From Eubacteriales bacterium (GTDB lineage Bacteria; Bacillota; Clostridia; Oscillospirales; CAG-272), in the NCBI GenBank assembly GCA_045537235.1, contig JAZSPB010000156.1, forward strand, positions 92,638 through 156,637: a stretch of DNA of 64,000 nt. The letters are read 5' to 3'. A program made the position numbers and the translations under genes. The first letter of the stretch is position 1. Each line of letters opens with the position of its first letter. Shown here in pieces: positions 30,000-39,950 of the stretch. The notes under the pieces were generated by a model, which saw only the letters and a program-made list of their open reading frames with translations, had not been told where the DNA came from and ran no database searches.

Positions 30000-30450
30000 T
30001 GCCCTTTTCCTCGGAGGATTCTACCGTTTTTTTCTCATCCTCCAGCTTATTCTTTACACCGTTGAGTACACCGTTAATAAAAGATTTTGCTTTAGGCTCG
30101 TCAAAGGTTTTGGAAAGCTCTATCGCCTCATTCAGAGAGACGCTTACGGGGATGTCATCTCGATACATCATTTCGTACACACAAAGTCGCATGATGCTCA
30201 GCGACAGTTTGGTGATACGGGAGGTCTTCCATCCGGAAGAGCACGCATTGATCAATGCATCGATCTCCTCTTTGTGAGCAAGAATATCAAAGTATATCTT
30301 GCGGATCTCATTTTTGTCGGAATCGGCGTATTCTCTGTTTTCCGCGGAGATCATAAAAATATCTTCGGGAAGCTCGTCACTGCGAAATTCGGTCTCAAAC
30401 AGCATTTGCAAAACTGCTTCTCGCAACTCTCGTCTTGTCATAATTTCCAA
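29992..30450 (-). CDS. nusB: Transcription antitermination factor NusB
   Basis: RRELREAVLQMLF... and NusB-family helices, in a position conserved with xseA. It has a longer acidic/lysine-rich C-terminal tail than the roughly 130-aa norm. Confidence 0.88.
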   Translation of the reverse strand: MEIMTRRELREAVLQMLFETEFRSDELPEDIFMISAENREYADSDKNEIRKIYFDILAHKEEIDALINACSSGWKTSRITKLSLSIMRLCVYEMMYRDDIPVSVSLNEAIELSKTFDEPKAKSFINGVLNGVKNKLEDEKKTVESSEEKGNA

Positions 30451-30607
30451 GCCTTTCTTGTTCTTATCCGAAAATGGACATACTTATCATAATACTATAT
30501 TATAATTCTTTTTACTCAAAAAGTCAACAGGCTTTGAATATTTTATATAAAAATCATGAATATTTATAAATATTGAACATTCTTTCGGAAAAGTTTGCTG
30601 ATTCCTA

Positions 30608-30636
30608 TTGAAAAAAGACGTCAAATGTTATATAAT
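30608..30636 (+). promoter_or_regulatory. Sigma-A promoter of ireB-ribF
   Basis: TTGAAA (30608-30613), 17 nt, TATAAT (30631-30636). The RBS AAGGAGG follows. Confidence 0.65.
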
Positions 30637-30666
30637 AATGAAAAAGAAAATTAAGGAGGTCGGATC

Positions 30667-30918
30667 ATGATAAGTGATAGAACAAAACCCTTTCCCGTAG
30701 CCAGAGACAACGGCGCGGAAACCAAGCAGATCCTTCGTGAGATCTATGTTGCATTGAGCGAAAAGGGCTATGATCCCATCAATCAGATCGTCGGATATCT
30801 TCTTTCCGAGGATCCCACCTATATCACCAACTACAAAAACGCAAGAGCACTGGTGCGCCGCATCGACCGAGACGAGCTTCTCAATGCCCTTGTCAAAAAC
30901 TATCTCGGAGTCAAATAA
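30667..30918 (+). CDS. ireB: IreB family regulatory phosphoprotein (UPF0297)
   Basis: 83 aa with ILREIYVALSEKGYDPINQIVGYLLSEDPTYITNYKNARALVRRIDRDELL, typical of UPF0297/IreB. Confidence 0.88.
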   Translation: MISDRTKPFPVARDNGAETKQILREIYVALSEKGYDPINQIVGYLLSEDPTYITNYKNARALVRRIDRDELLNALVKNYLGVK

Positions 30919-30924
30919 TCCCCA

Positions 30925-31860
30925 ATGACCATCATAGACCTAAAAACCATGCGGGAGGCCTCACCTCCTCCCTTTTCTGTTCTCTGTTTGGGCAACTTTG
31001 ACGGCGTGCATTTCGGACATATCGCACTGGTCAAGGAGGCTGTCGATCAATGCGAAAAAAAATGCAGCGAATATGACGGCATCGTAAGCGGCGCGTGTTT
31101 TTTCCGTACCCCACCATCCAATTATTTTCTCTCCGCCCCCATTCCGCAGTTAACTACCTTTGAGCAAAAGCTGCATCTTTTTGCCGACTGTGGATTGGAG
31201 ATGGCTTTTGTCATGGATTTTGAGGAAGTGGGTGGGCTGTCCCCCGAACAATTTGTCAAACAGGTCTTGGCGGAAACTTGCCATTGCGTTTTTGCTGTCT
31301 GCGGTTTTGATTTCCGCTTTGGAAAAAATGCTGTGGGAACGGCCGACACCTTGAAAACACTTATGTGCGGTGCCGCATCGATCATCCCACCGATCTGCCG
31401 AGAGAACCAAGTTGTCAGCTCCAGCGCCATACGGCAAAGGATCGCGGACGGTGAAATGCATCTCGTTCCTGCGCTCCTCGGTCGTCCCTTTTGCCTTTAT
31501 GCAGAAGTGCTCCACGGAAAAGCTTTAGGGCGCACCATCGGCATTCCCACCGTCAATCAATATTTCCCCGGAAATCTCGCCATTCCCAAATACGGCATCT
31601 ACATTACGCAAACTGTTATCGACGGAACCGTCTATCCCTCTGTTTCCAATGTAGGGATTCGACCTACGGTAAATGACGGCTCGCAAATCAACTGCGAAAC
31701 ACACATCCTCGATTTTGACGGTGATCTTTACGGTCGTACCGTTGAGGTGCGTTTTCTCAAGCGACTTCGGGACGAAATGCGCTTTCACTCCATTGATGCC
31801 CTTCGAGCGCAGATCCACCGTGATATTTTGCAAACCAGAGAATACTATAAGGAGGCATGA
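30925..31860 (+). CDS. ribF: Bifunctional riboflavin kinase / FAD synthetase
   Basis: N-terminal FMN adenylyltransferase (GNFDGVHFGH) and C-terminal riboflavin kinase (GIPTVN...GIRPT...ETHILDFDGDLYG). Confidence 0.95.
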   Translation: MTIIDLKTMREASPPPFSVLCLGNFDGVHFGHIALVKEAVDQCEKKCSEYDGIVSGACFFRTPPSNYFLSAPIPQLTTFEQKLHLFADCGLEMAFVMDFEEVGGLSPEQFVKQVLAETCHCVFAVCGFDFRFGKNAVGTADTLKTLMCGAASIIPPICRENQVVSSSAIRQRIADGEMHLVPALLGRPFCLYAEVLHGKALGRTIGIPTVNQYFPGNLAIPKYGIYITQTVIDGTVYPSVSNVGIRPTVNDGSQINCETHILDFDGDLYGRTVEVRFLKRLRDEMRFHSIDALRAQIHRDILQTREYYKEA

Positions 31861-31864
31861 TCTT

Positions 31865-33223
31865 ATGAGCGTCAAGAAAAGCGTAAGAATTATGTCTCTT
31901 GTTCTCTTTCTCATAACCTTGATCTCAACGGCGCTCCCCGCCAACGCAGCATCGGCTTCACCGCCGGAGGCCAAAAACGTAGATTCGGTATGCGTCATCA
32001 ACACAGAACACAATGAGATCGTCATTGAAAAGGATATGAATAAAATCATATACCCCACCTCAACGGTAAAGCTGATGACCGCCCTCGTGGCTGCCGAACA
32101 TTTTGCCGATGATCTGGAGGGCACGATCATTGTGACACAAAAGATGGTGGATTCCTCTTCCGCTCGAAATTTTGAAGCGGGCGAATGGTTGAGCGTAACC
32201 GATCTTCTTCATGCAATGCTGGTCGGCGGCTACAATGATGCGGCTGTTATTTTGGCTTATGCTACTTCGGGCAGCATCGAAGCATTCTGCGCAAAAATGA
32301 ATGAGAAGGCCAAAGCGATCGGCGCCATGAACACGCATTATACCAACCCCACAGGACTTCACGATGATGCCATGGTGACCACAGCATACGATACGGCACT
32401 GATCGGTTGGGAGATCATGAAAAACGATTTTCTCCTCACCGTAACCAAAACCGTAAAATACACCATCCCCCTAACCTTTAAGCACGGCGAACGTACCATC
32501 TACAACCGCAACACTCTGATCACAACCAACTTGACAGAAGAATATTACTATTCTTATGCCGAGGGAATGAATTCGGGCGGTACCGATGAAGGTGGTGATT
32601 GTGTGGTAACAGCCGGACGGTTGGATGGATTATCCTACGTTTGCGTTGTTATGGGAGGTCGTCAAACCTCGGAGGATGATAAAGCCAACCATGCTTGCGC
32701 GGCGGCTAAAGAGTTGCTTCGATACTCCCTTATCAGTTACGAGGTGAAGACCCTCTTCTCTGCCAAAGAAACGGTCGGCACCATTCCCGTTCGGTTTTCC
32801 GCAACCGAGGAATCGGTGAGTGTCAAAGCGTTACGCGACCTTTCTTCCCTTCTTTACATAGGAGTCGATCTTGAAAAAGAAGTAGAGATCCAAATCGAAA
32901 TTCTTCCCGAGTTACTGGAGGCTCCCATAAAAGAGGGAGAGGTTGTCGGCTCGGTCAAGGCGATCTACAAAGGCGAGATTCTTGACAGCACCGATCTTAT
33001 CACTGCAAAGTCTATCGATTCTCATGGCTTTCTCGTTTTTATGTACGATCTCAAAAACACTACCCGGCATCCCGCCTTCATCATCTCTGCGGCGGTTATT
33101 GTGTTTGCTGTTCTCTTCTTTTTGATCCGCAAACTCGTACGCAGTAAAAAGAAGGATATTCACAAACGGAATCGGTACATGGATACCTTCGATGATTACG
33201 ACACCTTTGACCCATCCGAATAA
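31865..33223 (+). CDS. D-alanyl-D-alanine carboxypeptidase family (PBP5/6-like) protein with a C-terminal membrane anchor
   Basis: Signal peptide (MSVKKSVRIMSLVLFLITLISTALPANA), an SxxK motif (STVK) and the family-typical THYTNPTGL. I moved the start to the ATG at 31865, because the ORF-track start overlaps ribF. The expected SxN and KTG motifs look degenerate (see findings). Confidence 0.8.
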   Translation: MSVKKSVRIMSLVLFLITLISTALPANAASASPPEAKNVDSVCVINTEHNEIVIEKDMNKIIYPTSTVKLMTALVAAEHFADDLEGTIIVTQKMVDSSSARNFEAGEWLSVTDLLHAMLVGGYNDAAVILAYATSGSIEAFCAKMNEKAKAIGAMNTHYTNPTGLHDDAMVTTAYDTALIGWEIMKNDFLLTVTKTVKYTIPLTFKHGERTIYNRNTLITTNLTEEYYYSYAEGMNSGGTDEGGDCVVTAGRLDGLSYVCVVMGGRQTSEDDKANHACAAAKELLRYSLISYEVKTLFSAKETVGTIPVRFSATEESVSVKALRDLSSLLYIGVDLEKEVEIQIEILPELLEAPIKEGEVVGSVKAIYKGEILDSTDLITAKSIDSHGFLVFMYDLKNTTRHPAFIISAAVIVFAVLFFLIRKLVRSKKKDIHKRNRYMDTFDDYDTFDPSE

Positions 33224-33256
33224 TCTATCATTGATATACAACGAAAGGACAACAAT

Positions 33257-34048
33257 ATGACTGCAAAATACCCCGAACTTATGGCAAAAAAGGCCTTCAT
33301 CTGCGACATGGACGGTGTGATCTATCACGGCAACAATTTGCTTCCCACGGTTCCCAAGTTTGTAGAATGGCTGAACGAAAACAATAAACAATTCCTGTTT
33401 CTGACCAACAGCTCCGAGCGCTCTCCTCGTGAATTGGCGCAAAAGCTCGCGCGCATGGGATTGGAGGTGGGCGAGGAGCATTTCTATACCAGCGCTCTTG
33501 CTACCGCGTCTTTCCTCGCCAGCCAAAAACCGGGTGGCTCGGTATATGTGATCGGAGAACCGGGACTGATGAATGCCCTTTATGAAGCCGGCTTTTCCAT
33601 GAATGACTACGATCCCGACTACGTAGTGTTCGGTGAGACTCGTGCACTCAGCTATGAGAAGATCCGTCACGCCGTTCGCCTGGTTCAGAAAGGTGCCAAA
33701 TTGATCGGTACCAATTCCGACCTGACCGGTCCCGACGAAAGCGGAATCGTCCCCGCCTGCCGCGCCCTCATCGCCCCCATCGAAATGACCACAGGCAAAA
33801 AGGCATACTTTATCGGAAAGCCCAATCCGCTCATGATGCGCCATGCGCTCAAACGACTTCAATGCAGCAAAGTAGATACCGCGCTCATCGGTGACCGCAT
33901 GGATACCGATATTATCGCGGGTATCGAAAGCGAGATCGACACCGTTTTGGTTCTCTCGGGTGTCAGCAACCGAGAGACGATCGACCAATTCCCCTACCGC
34001 CCCAAGTTTGTTCTTGAAAACGTTGGCGAGATTGTGGCGGAAATATAA
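33257..34048 (+). CDS. HAD-IIA family hydrolase (NagD-like sugar phosphatase)
   Basis: DMDGVIY nucleophile motif, FLTNSS, and GDRMDTDI motif IV. Confidence 0.88.
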   Translation: MTAKYPELMAKKAFICDMDGVIYHGNNLLPTVPKFVEWLNENNKQFLFLTNSSERSPRELAQKLARMGLEVGEEHFYTSALATASFLASQKPGGSVYVIGEPGLMNALYEAGFSMNDYDPDYVVFGETRALSYEKIRHAVRLVQKGAKLIGTNSDLTGPDESGIVPACRALIAPIEMTTGKKAYFIGKPNPLMMRHALKRLQCSKVDTALIGDRMDTDIIAGIESEIDTVLVLSGVSNRETIDQFPYRPKFVLENVGEIVAEI

Positions 34049-34091
34049 CGATCCTCATCTTCAATCGATTGCATAAAACCAAACACAATTC

Positions 34092-34127
34092 AGCGCACCT
34101 GCGAAAAACCGGTGCGCTTTTCTTTTT
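34092..34127 (+). terminator. Rho-independent terminator after the HAD-IIA gene
   Basis: AGCGCACC (34092-34099), loop, GGTGCGCT (34111-34118), followed by TTTTCTTTTT. Confidence 0.75.
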
Positions 34128-34173
34128 CACCGATTGTACCAACCGTTAATAAAAATACGCACCAAAAGGGCAG

Positions 34174-34221
34174 AAAAAAGATGTGCACCTCAAAAGTCCG
34201 ATGCTTTCGGAGGTGCACATC
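34174..34221 (-). terminator. Rho-independent terminator after the YwaF-like gene
   Basis: 12-bp stem GATGTGCACCTC / GAGGTGCACATC (34180-34191 and 34210-34221), followed on the minus strand by TTTTTT. Confidence 0.75.
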
Positions 34222-34257
34222 ATATTCGGTTTCTGCCTTTTTCTTTTTATCCAAAAA

Positions 34258-34998
34258 TTATTTCGCACTTCTCTTTTGACGGAAAAACGCTACCCACTGT
34301 TTGATATAGATCAATGTCAAGTACACAACAACGATGGGAATTGCCAAAAACATATACCAGTACGAGAACGGAAGGATGTTATAAAACACTTGCAACAATG
34401 GGTTTTCGGGTTGCAATGAATACATATAATTCACGGTAATAACATTTCCGGCATAGTCCAAACAGTTGTTAGCCACGGTGTATGCATTGACGCCGAGATT
34501 GATAAAATGGACTGCGGTATACGCGAGAACAGTGATCACAACCGTGGACAAAATGCAACGAAGTTCTTTTTTCACGAGTTTGAGTTTGAACATCAAAATC
34601 GGAATTCCCAACTCCAGTACATGGGGGAAATAGTAGAAAGCAAAGGTGGGGCTGAAGATTTCGAAATTGGCTTGTGCCGTATTTACCACCAATGCAAACA
34701 AGGCGCCCAATGCCCAAAACAAAAGCAAATTGTTCAGCACTTTATTGCGAGTAAACACAGCAAACGGAAGCACCATTGCGTTCAGCGAGCAAAGATGAAA
34801 AGGAAGATATTCAAGGGGAGAGCCCCATGTTACCAAGTTAAAAATCATCGCGGCGAAGCCGGAAAATGACAAGATCCCCAGCACGAAGACCTGCACTTTT
34901 TGAGAGCGTTTTTTCAAAACAAAATACAAACCGACGATCATCAACACCGCCAAAAGCAATGACAGAAGATGAATGTGACCAAAAGAGCCCCAGGCCAT
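34258..34998 (-). CDS. Integral membrane protein, YwaF/TIGR02206-like
   Basis: About 246 aa and seven hydrophobic helices. The start was placed at MAWGSFGHIHLL. The family assignment is from memory of similar sequences, not a search. Confidence 0.55.
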   Translation of the reverse strand: MAWGSFGHIHLLSLLLAVLMIVGLYFVLKKRSQKVQVFVLGILSFSGFAAMIFNLVTWGSPLEYLPFHLCSLNAMVLPFAVFTRNKVLNNLLLFWALGALFALVVNTAQANFEIFSPTFAFYYFPHVLELGIPILMFKLKLVKKELRCILSTVVITVLAYTAVHFINLGVNAYTVANNCLDYAGNVITVNYMYSLQPENPLLQVFYNILPFSYWYMFLAIPIVVVYLTLIYIKQWVAFFRQKRSAK

Positions 34999-35133
34999 AA
35001 TAAACCTCCAAAGTAAATTTTCGCGGTTCTCCTTAATTTTTCGGATACAAGGAAGAACAAAAATCAAGGCTTCTTTTTTTGCAAAGTTTCTTGATTATAA
35101 CATTTATCGACATCTTTGTCAAGCCTTTTTTCA

Positions 35134-35168
35134 AAATAAAAAAAGAAACCGACAAAAGCCGATTTCTT
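35134..35168 (-). terminator. Rho-independent terminator after sigG
   Basis: Minus strand: GAAATCGGC, TTTT loop, GTCGGTTTC (two G-U pairs), followed by TTTTTTTATTTT. Confidence 0.65.
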
Positions 35169-35177
35169 GATTACTTG

Positions 35178-35951
35178 TCATATTTGTTTTCTCATCCGCT
35201 CCAATGCCCCTTTTTCGAGACGGGAAACCTGTGCTTGGGATATACCAATCTCCTCCGCGATCTCAACCTGCGTTTTGTTTTTGTAAAAACGAAGATTGAT
35301 AATGGTACGCTCGCGCTCGGAGAGGGTCTTCATAGCTTCGCGAAGCGCGATGCTCTCCAGCCAAGTGTCGCCGCTGTTATCGGTGTCGCAAAGCTGATCC
35401 ATCACATACAGCGAGTCTCCGTTTTCACTGTAAACCGGCTCATAAAGAGAGATAGGCTCGACGATCGCCTCCATGGCACGGTAGACATTTTCTCGCGTTT
35501 CCCCGATCTTCGCGGCGATCTCGTCGGTTGTCGGCTCTCGCTGATTGATACGAATGAGTTCTTCCCTCGCCTGCAAGGAACGGTATGCCAGATCACGCAC
35601 CGAACGGCTGATGCGAATGGAATTGTTGTCCCGAAGGTAGCGGCGAATCTCTCCAATGATCATGGGGACGGCATAAGTGGAAAATTTCACATCCAGATCG
35701 ATATTGAAATTGTCAACAGCCTTGACAAGACCGATGCAGCCAACCTGAAACAGATCGTCAAGATTCTCATTCCGATTGGTAAACCGCTGAATGATGCTCA
35801 ACACAAGCCGAAGATTGCCGTAGATCAGCTTTTGCCGCGCCTCCTCGTCCCCTGCTTTGCTCTTGACCAGCAGATCGCGCTTTTCTTCATCAGTAAGGGT
35901 CTGCAATTTTGAGGTATTGACTCCGCATATTTCAACTTTATTATAATACAT
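35178..35951 (-). CDS. sigG: Sporulation (forespore) sigma factor SigG
   Basis: Near-colinear with B. subtilis SigG as I recall it: NKVEICGV.TSKL, GNLRLVLS.IQRF.NR, DDLFQVGCIGL, KFSTYAVPMIIGEIRRYLRDNN.IR.SRS, EIGISQAQVSRLEK. Confidence 0.85.
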   Translation of the reverse strand: MYYNKVEICGVNTSKLQTLTDEEKRDLLVKSKAGDEEARQKLIYGNLRLVLSIIQRFTNRNENLDDLFQVGCIGLVKAVDNFNIDLDVKFSTYAVPMIIGEIRRYLRDNNSIRISRSVRDLAYRSLQAREELIRINQREPTTDEIAAKIGETRENVYRAMEAIVEPISLYEPVYSENGDSLYVMDQLCDTDNSGDTWLESIALREAMKTLSERERTIINLRFYKNKTQVEIAEEIGISQAQVSRLEKGALERMRKQI

Positions 35952-36084
35952 CCGTTTTCTCCTGTTATTGCTTACAACAGAAGTATTGACGGATTCGCGG
36001 CTGTCATATTCATCAAAGCTCGGATGTAAAAACTTTACAAAAACGGTAGTTCAGACTCCCGCAAAAAATCGTTGCCGCCTTCCC

Positions 36085-36130
36085 TCAAAAAAGCAGATAG
36101 ATCCCTACCAAAGAACCTATCTGCTTTTTC
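36085..36130. terminator. Bidirectional rho-independent terminator (ends nrdR)
   Basis: AGCAGATAG (36092-36100) pairs with CTATCTGCT (36117-36125). An A-run lies on one side and a T-run on the other. Confidence 0.75.
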
Positions 36131-36164
36131 TATACATTTTATGCACTACACAAAATACGGAAAT

Positions 36165-36617
36165 TTAATCGTTTCTCTCTTCCTTGAGCTCCTTCAATTC
36201 CGCGAAGAAGGTATCGATATCTTGGAACTCGCGATAAACCGAAGCAAAACGAACATATGCGACTTTGTCTACCGCTTTGAGGCGGCGCATGACCATTTCA
36301 CCAAGCTCACGCGACGGAATCTCTTGATTTAGAGAATTCAACAACTCGGCCTCAATATCCGAAACGATATCCTCTGCGTTCACAGGACGCTTCTGACACG
36401 CCTTGAGAAGCCCCGATAACAATTTAGAACGGTCGAACAGCTCTTTGCTTCCGTCCTTTTTGACCACGATAGGCTGGATCGCCTCTATAATTTCAAAGGT
36501 GGTAAACCTTTTCTGACACGCAAGACATTCCCGTCTGCGTCTGATACTTGCTAAATCCTGAGTAGGTCTGGAATCCACAACCTTGCTGTCAGGATATCCG
36601 CACACTGGACATTTCAT
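36165..36617 (-). CDS. nrdR: Transcriptional repressor NrdR
   Basis: MKCPVCGYPDSKVVDSRP zinc ribbon plus an ATP-cone. I moved the start to the ATG at 36617. Confidence 0.93.
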   Translation of the reverse strand: MKCPVCGYPDSKVVDSRPTQDLASIRRRRECLACQKRFTTFEIIEAIQPIVVKKDGSKELFDRSKLLSGLLKACQKRPVNAEDIVSDIEAELLNSLNQEIPSRELGEMVMRRLKAVDKVAYVRFASVYREFQDIDTFFAELKELKEERND

Positions 36618-36660
36618 AAACCTTTCGCCCTTTGGCTCCCCTTTCCGATTGCTGTTACCT

Positions 36661-36689
36661 ATTATAGCAGAAACCGAAAGATTTGTAAA
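36661..36689 (-). promoter_or_regulatory. Sigma-A promoter of nrdR
   Basis: Minus strand: TTTACA (36689-36684), 17 nt, TATAAT (36666-36661). Confidence 0.6.
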
Positions 36690-36715
36690 GGGTTTTTTAT
36701 ACATTTTTTGAGATT

Positions 36716-37015
36716 TTATGCACTTTCGTCATTCCTGTTTTTCATCTCCTGCCAATAATCTTCCACGATCTCGGAAAGTGAATATGGAAACACTTCTCCT
36801 TCTACGATCTTTCTGAAAAAGGCCACGGCCGAAAAGAGGTCATTGCCGAGAAAACAGCTCTCTCTTTCAGCACCTTTGGCAATGGCGGCGGCATACTGCT
36901 TCTGCCCCTCATGATTCCGAACAAGAAGTGAATATACTACCATTTCTCCCAAAAGCATTTTCTCCGAGCGTCCGATTTCCGTCATCTTTCCTTCATTCTG
37001 ATTTGCAAAGTCCAT
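36716..37015 (-). CDS. Hypothetical protein
   Basis: ORF with a probable start at MDFANQNEG (AAAGGAA upstream). I recognise no family. Confidence 0.5.
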   Translation of the reverse strand: MDFANQNEGKMTEIGRSEKMLLGEMVVYSLLVRNHEGQKQYAAAIAKGAERESCFLGNDLFSAVAFFRKIVEGEVFPYSLSEIVEDYWQEMKNRNDESA

Positions 37016-37241
37016 TTCGCAATTCCTTTCTGTCGTACTGATACAATTGAAACGCGGTTCCCCTCCATTATAACACAAGGGTATTAAAAATTCGCGCACT
37101 TTTTGTCGAGTCGAAAAACTCCCAAATTCTCCTTGTTTTTTCCAATTTTGTTATTTTTTGTTTTGGGAAATATTACTCGTAGACAGAGACACACATCCTA
37201 TGATATTATATTAGTAGATACGCAAGAAAGGAGATTTCACA

Positions 37242-37499
37242 TTGAAAAAAGTCATCCGTTTTTTGAATCGACCGATTTCCCGCCAAGCCTTCCTCGTTTT
37301 TGCCATTGGCTCCCTTGTAGTGCTTTTCCAGTTGGGATACATAACGTGGGATATTCTTTACGGAAATCACACACATATGCTGTACACCTTGGCACTCTAC
37401 CGCAAATGCCTTTCACAAATCTTGTTGGAGGTTGTAATTCTCTTGGTCGGTTCCTTTCTCTTTGATATAACCGTTCGAGAATGCACGGGAATTCAATAG
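37242..37499 (+). CDS. Hypothetical small membrane protein
   Basis: 85 aa with a TTG start preceded by AAAGGAG, and two hydrophobic helices. Confidence 0.5.
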   Translation: MKKVIRFLNRPISRQAFLVFAIGSLVVLFQLGYITWDILYGNHTHMLYTLALYRKCLSQILLEVVILLVGSFLFDITVRECTGIQ

Positions 37500-37501
37500 A
37501 A

Positions 37502-38806
37502 TCAACCGCGAGTCAGAGCCAGTCGGTAAAGCATTTCCGCACATTGCGCTTTGGATACCACGGAATCGGCGGATACATAGCCACCGCTATAGGTCATGAT
37601 TCCCGAAGATGTCAGCGCATACACCGCATCCTTTGCCCACGCGGGAACCGTTCCCAAATCCAAAAACAAAGGCTTGATCACAGGAACGGCAAAGGAGGTC
37701 ATATTTTGCAAGATCGTGGCCGCTTCGGCACGGGTGATCCCGTCATTGGGAGCGAAGACCAATTGTCCGTCCCCATTGATCTTTCCGCAAATGTACCCCA
37801 GTTTTTGAGCGGCATTGACATACCCTCTGTGCTCATCGGAAATATCTTCGTCATCGGAAAACACCGACTTCTCCTCTCCGGAAAGATGATCGATCCCCAG
37901 CGTCTTCATGGCCATAACAAGAAACTCGGCACGCGTGACCCGGGCTTCGGGATTAAAATAATACTGCCCGTCAAGCGCAGAAGATGCGATAATTCCCTGC
38001 TCGGTAAGCGAAATAGCAGCCACATGGGAGGCATGATCTTCAAGATCGCGATAAACCAACGCGTTGCTTTGCTGTGTCACATTTAAACACACCTCTGCGG
38101 AGGAAGAATAGCTGCCGTACCGATCAACAACAACATACCGAAAGCTGTCATTTCCCGTATAACCCGCGTCGGGGATATACTTATAGTCACCGGAATTGCT
38201 GTCGGTCACGATCAAAAGACCATGCTCGGGATAGTCAACGATCTCAAATACCAGTTGGTCACCGTCCGGATCATAGGCATCCATTTTGCCGTAGACCGTA
38301 ATATCCCGATAGGTACCGACTGTGAGAGAAAGATCGTCAGCGACAGAAACGGTCGGGCGCAAATTTTCATACTCCAACCGATACAATGAGCAAGGGATAT
38401 CGTAGGTGCCGAGATTGGTGGAAAAGCAAAATGAAGTATCTCGAACCTCTTCGTTCATGAAAACAAATTTCATATAGGAAATATTGGCGCGGGATATGAC
38501 CTGCCCCTCGCGCACCTCACTGTCTCCCAAATACAAGATTCCGTCGGAGCGTTCCGGCAAAGACGTAACCTTGATCGACGAAATTCGGGATAGGTTGAGG
38601 GCTTTTTCGAAATCATTGGCTTCAAAACCGATCTCCCGACCGTCACTTTCCGACATCGCCACCGTACATTGCTCCGCTAAAATCTCAAGGGCCGGAGAAA
38701 CCGAAGCGTCATTTTCTGCCGCAGCGGGATAGACCAAAAGCATCCCCCAAGCAGCCAGGACCGTGATCAGATATACCATCCATTTTCCAAATACCATAAT
38801 TCTCAC
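37502..38806 (-). CDS. S-layer homology (SLH) domain cell-surface protein with a cadherin-like/Ig-like repeat
   Basis: Signal peptide. A central motif YDPDGDQLVFEIVDYPEHGLLIV...YIPDAGYTGNDSFRYVVVD is of the cadherin-like tandem-repeat type. Three C-terminal SLH-like segments are present (RAEFLVMAMKTLG, ITRAEAATILQNM, SKAQCAEMLYRL). Confidence 0.8.
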   Translation of the reverse strand: MRIMVFGKWMVYLITVLAAWGMLLVYPAAAENDASVSPALEILAEQCTVAMSESDGREIGFEANDFEKALNLSRISSIKVTSLPERSDGILYLGDSEVREGQVISRANISYMKFVFMNEEVRDTSFCFSTNLGTYDIPCSLYRLEYENLRPTVSVADDLSLTVGTYRDITVYGKMDAYDPDGDQLVFEIVDYPEHGLLIVTDSNSGDYKYIPDAGYTGNDSFRYVVVDRYGSYSSSAEVCLNVTQQSNALVYRDLEDHASHVAAISLTEQGIIASSALDGQYYFNPEARVTRAEFLVMAMKTLGIDHLSGEEKSVFSDDEDISDEHRGYVNAAQKLGYICGKINGDGQLVFAPNDGITRAEAATILQNMTSFAVPVIKPLFLDLGTVPAWAKDAVYALTSSGIMTYSGGYVSADSVVSKAQCAEMLYRLALTRG

Positions 38807-38990
38807 TCCTTTTTCAAACTCGTTGAAATCTTGTTACCATTATATCGTCTTTGGTGTCAATATATGACTTGCGAGGGTATTTCACAAAAAAGATACAAGC
38901 GATATTCTTTTCCTTCTTGATTCGACATGAAAAATGTGGTAAAATAATAAAAGATTTCTAAAAAAGCAAGTACAAAAAGGGGTGTTTTTT

Positions 38991-39950
38991 ATGAAGATCG
39001 AGATCGATCACGCAAAAAGCGGAAAGTGCGTTTTGGATATCCTTCGCGGAGAACTGAATTTTTCCTCTTCCGTCATCACCTTTTTGAAAAAGCGAAGCGA
39101 CGGCATTCTTGTCAATGGTGAGCACGCAACGGTGCGAAAAAAGCTGTGCTTGGGAGATGTGCTTTGTTTGAACTATCAAGATACCGAATCCGACGAGAAT
39201 AATACCATCGTCCCCGTTAACTTGCCGGTTGAAATACTTTACAAAGATAGGGACATAATAGTGGTAAACAAGCCCCCGCATATGCCCACTCATCCTTCTC
39301 ATGATCACCAACGCGATACCTTGGCCAATGCTTTGGCATATTATTTTCAAGATTTGAAAACACCCTTTGTTTTTCGTGCCATCAACCGTCTGGATGCTCA
39401 AACCAGCGGTATTGTTTTGTTGGCACGCAACAAGGTTGCGGCGCAGCATCTTTCCGATGACATGACCCGCGGCCATATACATAAGCAATATTTTACTGTC
39501 CTGCACGGAAGACCCGATCCCGAAGAAGGAAAAATAGAGGCACCTATTTGTCGTGCCGAGGACAGTAAGATCAAGCGCGTGGTAAGAGAAGACGGCGCCC
39601 GAGCTCTCACCCGCTATCGAACCCTTGTCGCCAATGAAATGTACTCCGCCGTCATCGCAGCACCCATCACGGGGCGTACACATCAGCTACGCGTACATTT
39701 TTCCCACATAGGACACTGTATCTGCGGAGACACCCTTTACGGTTATCCGTGTCAGTATATCAACCGCCAAGCATTGCACGCAGTGTGGTTGGAATTTCCG
39801 CATCCATCCGACGGCAGGATCATGCAAATAACCGCCCCCTTGCCAAACGATATTCAAATGCTTTGTGAAAACGTGTTCTCTTCGCACCTGCTCCAAACAC
39901 TCCATGCTCAAAAAAGTTTATTTAAAAAGGAGGACGATTATGATAACTGA
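38991..39950 (+). CDS. RluA family pseudouridine synthase
   Basis: S4-like N-terminus, a catalytic HRLD-type motif (AINRLDAQTSGIVLLA) and RTHQLRVH. The start was placed at ATG 38991 after AAAGGGGTG. Confidence 0.9.
   Translation: MKIEIDHAKSGKCVLDILRGELNFSSSVITFLKKRSDGILVNGEHATVRKKLCLGDVLCLNYQDTESDENNTIVPVNLPVEILYKDRDIIVVNKPPHMPTHPSHDHQRDTLANALAYYFQDLKTPFVFRAINRLDAQTSGIVLLARNKVAAQHLSDDMTRGHIHKQYFTVLHGRPDPEEGKIEAPICRAEDSKIKRVVREDGARALTRYRTLVANEMYSAVIAAPITGRTHQLRVHFSHIGHCICGDTLYGYPCQYINRQALHAVWLEFPHPSDGRIMQITAPLPNDIQMLCENVFSSHLLQTLHAQKSLFKKEDDYDN

Noticed and set aside
35952-36060. Forespore-type (sigma-F/G) promoter upstream of sigG: GAATA, 18 nt, CAATACT on the minus strand.
   Set aside because: It only partly matches the consensus as I remember it, and I cannot score it rigorously by eye, so it is not reported as a feature.
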